A stretch of 64,000 nucleotides of DNA, taken from the NCBI GenBank assembly GCA_963781045.1, contig CAWAEX010000018.1:109806-173805 (forward strand). Direction: 5' to 3'. Positions 58,801 through 64,000 of this stretch are shown one piece after another. The DNA comes from an uncultured Flavobacteriaceae bacterium (lineage in GTDB: Bacteria; Bacteroidota; Bacteroidia; Flavobacteriales; Flavobacteriaceae). How positions within the stretch are numbered: position 1 is the first letter of the stretch; each line of letters begins with the position of its first letter. The notes below the pieces were generated by a model. The model had not been told where the DNA came from, searched no databases, and worked only from the letters and a program-made list of their open reading frames with translations. The translations under genes were made by a program, and so were the position numbers.

Positions 58801-59472
58801 AGGAGCAAACTGCATTACCCGTGGACCTTTTACAAATGCTACATTGTCCTTATAGGCAGAAACAATAGTATTGGGGTGTTTTTCTGATGTTTTTCTGATC
58901 AGTTTGAAAAGAGAATATTGTTTTTCCTTTCCATCTATAACAAAAACACCGTTAAAGATCTTATGTCTGCAATGTTCTGAGTTCACCTGACTAAATCCAA
59001 AAACCTCCGAATCTGTAAGTGGTCGGCCTAATTTTTTGGACAATGTTTCCAAATACTCAATTTCTTCTTCATTTAAGGCCAAGCCTTCTTTCTTGTTATA
59101 AGCGGCAATATCCTTAATAGATAAAATGGATTCTGGTTTTATGGCTATGGTAAAAATATTCTGGGTAAGACCATTATATTTTTGTGATAGCATGGGGTCA
59201 AAGGCTTTGAAATCTTCGGGCACCGCTTTAAATTCCTCTATTCTATCGATATCAGAAATCCCCATGTTCTGGGTCATCTCTGTGGCATTTGTACTCCATG
59301 GGGTGATCATGGCGGCTCTGGGACCTACAAAAAAAGCGTCTATAGACGCTGATGAAAGGCAGGGTATATCACCAAATAACCATGTCAATTTTTCTTTATC
59401 AAGATCATTGAGCGTGGCATGCGTTTCTACTGCAAATATTTTTAATGAGGGATCCCCGAAGAAATAGATCAT
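55825..59472 (-). CDS. purL: Phosphoribosylformylglycinamidine synthase (large fused type)
   Basis: NSEHCRHK, KAETHNFPT, HDHGAGG; GATase motifs GICNGCQ and MPHIER. Confidence 0.97.
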   Translation of the reverse strand: MIYFFGDPSLKIFAVETHATLNDLDKEKLTWLFGDIPCLSSASIDAFFVGPRAAMITPWSTNATEMTQNMGISDIDRIEEFKAVPEDFKAFDPMLSQKYNGLTQNIFTIAIKPESILSIKDIAAYNKKEGLALNEEEIEYLETLSKKLGRPLTDSEVFGFSQVNSEHCRHKIFNGVFVIDGKEKQYSLFKLIRKTSEKHPNTIVSAYKDNVAFVKGPRVMQFAPASPDKPDFYKETSFDSVLSLKAETHNFPTTVEPFNGAATGSGGEIRDRLAGGKGSLPLAGTAVYMTSYSRLDEGRSWESGVEERPWLYQTPMDILIKASNGASDFGNKFGQPLIAGSVLTFEHKEHERVLGYDKVIMMAGGVGYGKASQALKDTPKKGDKIVLLGGDNYRIGMGGAAVSSADTGEFSAAIELNAVQRSNPEMQKRAANAIRGLVENDTNPVVSIHDHGAGGHLNCLSELVEETGGAIDMDKLPIGDPTLSAKEIIGNESQERMGLVISAKDSSFLARIAARERAPMYEVGIATGDHRFSFTSSKRNEKPMDLELADMFGSSPKTIMTDVTVQRDYKNPAYSLDKFKEYLESVLQLEAVGCKDWLTNKVDRCVGGRVAKQQCAGPLQLPLNNVGVMAMDFKGKEGIATSLGHSPISGLIDPKAGSLNSIAEALTNLVWAPLEDGLTSVSLSANWMWPCRNPGEDARLYEAVKAVSDFAIALGINVPTGKDSLSMKQKYQDQEVLSPGTVIISAAGHCSDITKVVEPVFKANEGRVYYINLSQDQYAIGGSSFAQVLNKVGQTAPSILDAGFFKKTFNVLQQLIKDKQIVAGHDVASGGLITTLLEMCFADNNLGARIDLTSLGEADTIKLLFAENAGIVLQAKDSSIEKVLSKAGIDFHKIGSVNSDPQLLLTNGKDELKIDVYAQRDIWYKTSYLLDSKQTAQDLAKQRYQNYKQQPLVYHFPKHFSGQLPKAENKRPKAAILREKGSNSEREMASAMFLAGFDVKDVHMTDLISGRETLEEISFIGAVGGFSNSDVLGSAKGWAGAFKYNDKARNALKKFFARPDTLSVGICNGCQLFMELDLVNPEHEVHGKMTYNDSHKHESNFTSVRVEKNNSVMLSTLEGTTLGVWISHGEGKFSLPYPADRYGIVATYGYDQYPANPNGSDYNVAMLCDKTGRHLVTMPHIERSIFPWNWAHYPSRKDAVSPWLEAFVNARKWLK

Positions 59473-59504
59473 GTGCGAGGTTTGTTGAGGGTTTTAAGAA
59501 GCCA

Positions 59505-59512
59505 CAAATTTA
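59505..59512 (-). promoter_or_regulatory. -7 promoter element for purL
   Basis: Minus strand TAAATTTG, 32 nt upstream of the start codon. Confidence 0.6.
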
Positions 59513-59603
59513 CACTAATTCTGTGTTTTTTTAATGGCGAATAATGAACAGTTTTCAAGGGTGATTGTTCATTACTTTTTTAGCCAGTAGATTCTTAGTG
59601 AGC

Positions 59604-60815
59604 TTATGATCTTTGCAGCAATGCCATGTAAAATCCGTCATAACCGGAGCTATGGGCATAGATATGTTGTTCCTTCACTAAAGAAAAACTCTTACCTTCC
59701 TCACTTTGCAGGAATGTTTCTACCTGCTTGGAATTTTCCTGAGGCAAGATAGAACAGGTTGCGTACACCATTTTACCACCATCATTGACCATCTTGCTGT
59801 AATCTCTTAACAGCTCTTTTTGAATTTGAAGGATCTTTTCCAGGGACGAAGAACTCAACTTCCATTTGGTATCGGGATTGCGTCTTAGCACCCCAAGACC
59901 TGTGCAAGGCGCATCTATAAGTACCCTATCTGCTTTTTTATGCAGCTTTTTGATCACTTTGGTACTATCTATAAGTCGGGTTTCCAAATTATGAGCCCCA
60001 TTTCTTTTTGCCCTGCGTTTTAATTCATGAAGTTTGTTCGCGTAGATATCGAGGGCAATGAGTTGTCCTTTATTTTCCATCAGGGCAGCCAGGTGAAGTG
60101 ATTTACCGCCTGCGCCTGCACATGCATCCACAACCCGTAATCCGGGAGAAACATCCAGGAAAGGCGATACTAATTGCGAAGAAGCATCCTGTACCTCAAA
60201 AAGACCTTCTTTAAAGGCCTCCGTTATAAAAACATTGGCTCTTTCCTTTAGCTTAAGGGCATGTGGATAGCCTTTTATAGGGTCAGCATCGATACCTTCA
60301 TCTAGCAGTCTTTTTCTTAAAAATGGTGTTGATGTTTTGAGTGTATTGGTCCTCAGTACCACCGGAGCTAATTCGTTCAAAGCATGCAGTTCCTTGGTCC
60401 ACAAAGCTTCCCCAAGTGCTTTAACGCCAGTTTCATCTAGCCAGTCGGGAATGGATTCCCGGTATTTTCTAATTTTCGAAAGCTCATCAAATCGCCCTTT
60501 GATCCTTCTGGTAGGGGTATCTTCCAATTGTTTCCAATCCGGGAGTGAAATTCCACGAAGCACGGCCCAAACTGCAAAGAGTCTAAAGAAATTGGTTCTG
60601 TCAAAAGGTTCTTTAACTTCAGCAATTTCTGCATACAGCCGTTTCCATCGCACAATGTCATAAATGGTTTCTGCAATAAAGCCGCGGTCTCTTGAGCCCC
60701 ATCGTTTATCTCTTTTCAGGATCTGTTCTACGGCTTTGGAGGCGTAAATTCCTTCATTGAAGATCATGTGGAGTCCATCTACAACCCCGAACACTAAATT
60801 CCTATGTAATCGCAT
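59604..60815 (-). CDS. RsmB/NOP family RNA m5C methyltransferase
   Basis: EVQDASSQ, DACAGAGGK, DAPCTG, YATCS; -7 element TACCTTTG at 60840-60833. Confidence 0.92.
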   Translation of the reverse strand: MRLHRNLVFGVVDGLHMIFNEGIYASKAVEQILKRDKRWGSRDRGFIAETIYDIVRWKRLYAEIAEVKEPFDRTNFFRLFAVWAVLRGISLPDWKQLEDTPTRRIKGRFDELSKIRKYRESIPDWLDETGVKALGEALWTKELHALNELAPVVLRTNTLKTSTPFLRKRLLDEGIDADPIKGYPHALKLKERANVFITEAFKEGLFEVQDASSQLVSPFLDVSPGLRVVDACAGAGGKSLHLAALMENKGQLIALDIYANKLHELKRRAKRNGAHNLETRLIDSTKVIKKLHKKADRVLIDAPCTGLGVLRRNPDTKWKLSSSSLEKILQIQKELLRDYSKMVNDGGKMVYATCSILPQENSKQVETFLQSEEGKSFSLVKEQHIYAHSSGYDGFYMALLQRS

Positions 60816-60885
60816 TCGAAAAATTTAGACCGCAAAGGTACCCTTTTGAGGAGGAAACCCTTTATTTTTGAGTAAATTAAATACT

Positions 60886-61914
60886 ATGCGCTCTTTCCTT
60901 ATCTTTTTTATTTTGCTAGTTGTCTGGGGATGCACAGATCAGCAACCATCCCATAATTATAGCAGTGTTGATGTAAGGATCCTTTTTAATGATTCTGTAA
61001 GCATACGGGCGTTGGAGGTTATGGAAGGGAGTGTTGGTTTTGCCGGGAATGGGGGAGTTTTTGGTGCTATTGATCTTAAAAGCCAACAGATAAGAGCAAA
61101 GCAACAAAGGTTTGATACTATTTTCCCCGAATTCAGGGCTATTGCGCATACTCAAACGGACTTCTTTATGCTATCGGCCGGAAGGCCTGCACTCTTATTT
61201 AAAACAGGAAATCAGGGCCTGATGGAATTGGTATACCAAGAAGATGACGAAGGGGTCTTTTATGATGCCATGTCTTTCTGGAACGATATGGAAGGATTGG
61301 CAATTGGTGATGAGATGAAAGGGTGTTTGTCTATTCTGATCACCAGAGATGGCGGAAATTCCTGGCAGAAGACGCCATGTTCAGAATTGCCGGAGGCTAT
61401 ATCTGAAGAAGGAGCATTTGCAGCAAGTAACACAAATATTGCAATTAGTGGTGATCATACCTGGGTAGGTACTACAGAGAGTAGAATATTCTATTCCCCG
61501 GACAAAGGACAAAGTTGGCAGGTATTTACTACTCCCATAAAGAACAAGGAACCAACTCAAGGGATATATACGCTCGATTTTTATAATGACCAACTTGGTG
61601 TTGCCCTGGGAGGAGATTATACACAACCAGATTCCATGACCGGGAATAAGGCCCTTACCAAAAATGGTGGTAGAACCTGGGAATTAATAGCGGATGGTAA
61701 CATCCCCGGCTACAAGAGTTGTGTACAGTTTGTACCCAATGGGGGAGGTAAGGAAATGGTAGCAGTAGGTTTTACAGGCATTACCTATTCTCAGGATTTT
61801 GGTGCTAGTTGGGTGAACCTGTCCGATGAGCCTTTTTACACCCTTAGATTTGTGAACGATTCCTTAGCATATGCTGCCGGTAAACACCGTATTGGGTTAC
61901 TTAGTTTTAAATAA
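60886..61914 (+). CDS. YCF48/BNR-repeat beta-propeller lipoprotein
   Basis: Lipobox VWGC; Asp-boxes TRDGGNSW, SPDKGQSW, TKNGGRTW, SQDFGASW; FAASNT. Confidence 0.82.
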   Translation: MRSFLIFFILLVVWGCTDQQPSHNYSSVDVRILFNDSVSIRALEVMEGSVGFAGNGGVFGAIDLKSQQIRAKQQRFDTIFPEFRAIAHTQTDFFMLSAGRPALLFKTGNQGLMELVYQEDDEGVFYDAMSFWNDMEGLAIGDEMKGCLSILITRDGGNSWQKTPCSELPEAISEEGAFAASNTNIAISGDHTWVGTTESRIFYSPDKGQSWQVFTTPIKNKEPTQGIYTLDFYNDQLGVALGGDYTQPDSMTGNKALTKNGGRTWELIADGNIPGYKSCVQFVPNGGGKEMVAVGFTGITYSQDFGASWVNLSDEPFYTLRFVNDSLAYAAGKHRIGLLSFK

Positions 61915-61942
61915 AAAAGGGCAGACATTGTCCACCCTTTTT
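61913..61942. terminator. Intrinsic terminator between convergent genes
   Basis: Minus strand AAAAAGGGTGGAC-aat-GTCTGCCCTTTTTT. Confidence 0.75.
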
Positions 61943-61986
61943 CCGACTAACATACGACTCCTTTTATAAAGTCAACCCAAATCTAA

Positions 61987-62334
61987 TTATACATAAACAA
62001 CTTTGTAGGTTCTGCCTATTTTTCGATAATGAATCCCTTTGTAGGCAAAATATTTTCTTCCTTTAATATACACCACTCTATGTCCTCTTGGTAAGGTTCT
62101 TAGGACAATCCCTCTAGGCGCAGCACAAACAACATATTTCCTACCGCGGGCTTTGTACCATATTCCGGAGGCAAAGTGATAATTAATTCCCTTATGGAAT
62201 AGTAAACGTGGTTTATGGATAGTGGTAACAACAGTACCATGTTTTGGATATACCTTCACAATTCGTTGTGCATTTCCAGCACTAAGCATTCCAAAAAAGG
62301 CAATGATCACTAAAACTACTTTAAGACTTTTCAT
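61987..62334 (-). CDS. Small basic exported protein (DUF6515-like)
   Basis: Signal peptide; two repeats of Y..GIxY/GIWY...YxV with APRG.V..LP.G. Confidence 0.75.
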   Translation of the reverse strand: MKSLKVVLVIIAFFGMLSAGNAQRIVKVYPKHGTVVTTIHKPRLLFHKGINYHFASGIWYKARGRKYVVCAAPRGIVLRTLPRGHRVVYIKGRKYFAYKGIHYRKIGRTYKVVYV

Positions 62335-62364
62335 AACAATTAATTTTAATAGGTTATAGTACTA

Positions 62365-62390
62365 AGACCGTCTATTTAAGGCATGGTTTA
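62365..62390 (-). promoter_or_regulatory. Putative ECF sigma promoter for the DUF6515-like gene
   Basis: TAAACC(62390-62385)-N16-GTCT. Confidence 0.65.
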
Positions 62391-62394
62391 ATGC

Positions 62395-62419
62395 AAAAGG
62401 AGGCTTTACGCCTCCTTTT
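62395..62419 (-). terminator. Intrinsic terminator of the ECF operon
   Basis: AAAAGGAGGC-tttac-GCCTCCTTTT. Confidence 0.85.
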
Positions 62420-62442
62420 ATCTGCTTTTTGTCGAATACTGA

Positions 62443-62877
62443 TTATTGTCGCCTTTTTTGTATCTGCTGTAGCAACCTCTTTTTAAAGTCGTCCTCTGCT
62501 TTGATCAATAAAAAGGTTTTTCGCGCTGAGATCAAATTGGTCATCTTCTTTAAAAATGCGATGTTACGGTTATTCCTTTCATTCTCCAGCGTCAGGAACT
62601 CGTCCATTAAAGATTGGATCTGTTGATCGGAGATGTTTTGGAAGTTCTGTAATCTGTTCCTGATCTCGGTACGTTCACGTCTACGTATTTCCTCAATCGC
62701 AGCTTCATGTTCGTTATATACCGGCCAAAAGACGGCGGCTTCCTGACTTGTAAGACTTAACCTTTCTGTAATAAAGGCGATCTTTAGCGATTTTATCTTG
62801 TCCATGCCTGTCTGCGCACTAAGGAAGCTGCTTGCAGAAATAAAGGCAATGATGAGTATTTTACTGATATGCTTCAT
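62443..62877 (-). CDS. Periplasmic Spy/CpxP-like helical protein associated with the ECF sigma factor
   Basis: Signal peptide; KIKSLKIAFITERLSLT..EA..FWPVYN. Confidence 0.8.
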   Translation of the reverse strand: MKHISKILIIAFISASSFLSAQTGMDKIKSLKIAFITERLSLTSQEAAVFWPVYNEHEAAIEEIRRRERTEIRNRLQNFQNISDQQIQSLMDEFLTLENERNNRNIAFLKKMTNLISARKTFLLIKAEDDFKKRLLQQIQKRRQ

Positions 62878-63385
62878 CTAAGTCGATATTTAATTCATCT
62901 AAATCATCTATTGTATCTTCCAGGTAGTCCATGATCTGTTCGTCATCCATACCTGTTTCCATAAATTCATCAATTTCCAGGTTTGCTACCGGGATCACTT
63001 CAGCAATTTCATAACTGCTTAATTCCAATTCCTGAGATTCAAAATACGAGGTAATATCCACCTCGGCAAGATCATCAAAAGTGATGGTTTGTGATCTGTT
63101 CCATGGTAGCGCTATAACCAGCACAAAAATGGCAGCAATAGCAGCAGCTGTGTACAAGTATTTCTTATAGGAACTCAACTGAATGACAGGAGTCTCTTTT
63201 TGGGTTGTACTCGCAAGTATCTCTTTCTCAAGATTGTCAAAATAGGTATCAGGAACGGCAAACCCTTCCTCTTTTGGAAACTGTTGGGCATCTTCTTCCT
63301 GCATCCGTTCCTGGATGCGTTCTGTGAGCCCTTCAAAATATCCTGGAGGGGTTTTAAAACTGTTCTTTTTTGGTATCTTTTTCAT
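62861..63385 (-). CDS. Putative single-pass anti-sigma factor
   Basis: Duplicated FKTPPGYFE / FAVPDTYFD motifs, TM helix AAAIAAIFVLVI, acidic C-terminus; directly after the ECF sigma gene. Confidence 0.75.
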   Translation of the reverse strand: MKKIPKKNSFKTPPGYFEGLTERIQERMQEEDAQQFPKEEGFAVPDTYFDNLEKEILASTTQKETPVIQLSSYKKYLYTAAAIAAIFVLVIALPWNRSQTITFDDLAEVDITSYFESQELELSSYEIAEVIPVANLEIDEFMETGMDDEQIMDYLEDTIDDLDELNIDLDEAYQ

Positions 63386-63395
63386 TGTTTAGGTT

Positions 63396-63421
63396 TGACA
63401 CTTCTTCCAAGAGATGGTTTA
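63396..63421 (-). promoter_or_regulatory. Putative internal ECF promoter for the anti-sigma genes
   Basis: TAAACC(63421-63416, overlapping the sigma stop codon)-N16-GTCA. Confidence 0.62.
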
Positions 63422-63961
63422 ATGATTCTCTAGGAAGCCTTCTATTTTCTTAACTGCTAAATGGTAGGACGCTTTTAATGCCCCTACCGATGTTCCCAGT
63501 ATTTCTGAGATCTCCTCATATTTCAATTCCTCAAAATATTTCATGTTAAAGACCAATTTCTGCTTTTCGGGCAAACGAGCTATTGCCCGTTGTAATTGTA
63601 ACTGTATTTCATCTCCTTCAAAATAAACATCTGCCTCAAGTGTATTTGCTTTACGCTCAATAAGCTCATCGCTGCTTACGCCCAGTTTTCTGGATTTAGT
63701 TTTTAAGAACGTTAAGGCCTCATTGGTTCCTATTCTATACATCCAGGAGTACAATTTACTATCACCTTTAAACTTATCTATATTCCTGAATACCTTTATA
63801 AAAGTATTTTGCAAAACATCGTCCGCATCATCATGATCAAGCACAATTCGCCTAATATGCCAGTACAAGCGCTCTTTATAGCTAGTAATAAGCACCTCAA
63901 AAGCCTTGGCCTGGGTATCTTTTTGCTTTAGCTCTTTAACTAAGGTTTCTTCAGCAATCAA
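63419..63961 (-). CDS. ECF sigma-70 factor
   Basis: Region 2 DADDVLQNTFIK..SWMYRIGTN; region 4 LPEKQKLVF..YEEISEIL; TTG start. Confidence 0.93.
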   Translation of the reverse strand: MIAEETLVKELKQKDTQAKAFEVLITSYKERLYWHIRRIVLDHDDADDVLQNTFIKVFRNIDKFKGDSKLYSWMYRIGTNEALTFLKTKSRKLGVSSDELIERKANTLEADVYFEGDEIQLQLQRAIARLPEKQKLVFNMKYFEELKYEEISEILGTSVGALKASYHLAVKKIEGFLENH

Positions 63962-64000
63962 ATTCAGTTCGTTATTCTTGTAAGACCCTTATTTAGTATA

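Noticed and set aside
1-64000. rRNA, tRNA, CRISPR, IS, integrase, prophage or defence systems
   Set aside because: No such motifs or repeat-spacer structures were recognised by eye; covariance-model searches were not possible.

Overview
This AT-rich bacterial chromosomal segment looks like Bacteroidota/Flavobacteriaceae, judged from TAnnTTTG-type promoters, a PorP/SprF gene, GIN/DUF2807 and 2TM proteins and a fused TPS-TPP. It is mostly core or soft-core genes: a DUF4870-padR-pspC-GIN envelope operon, oxyR/dps, two LytTR two-component systems, sodC, a VPS10-like protein, a peptidase/amidohydrolase run, a TMEM175 K+ channel, trehalose genes, a beta-oxidation operon, purL, rsmB and an ECF sigma/anti-sigma locus. 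I found no rRNA, tRNA, CRISPR array, IS element or prophage. The most notable signal is non-coding. The same architecture (10-bp direct repeat, 11-bp spacer, repeat, exactly 32 bp, -7 promoter element) occurs four times: before a histidine kinase with a fused 2TM domain, before three tandem free 2TM genes plus a LytTR regulator, before a DUF2141 gene and before the GIN lipoprotein gene. This outlines a candidate LytTR/2TM regulon. Other observations are a repeated ECF promoter (TAAACC-N16-GTC), MarR and PadR operator palindromes, a single-base frameshift in porP/sprF and an unannotated 33-aa membrane sORF. All family calls come from motif recognition, not database searches.
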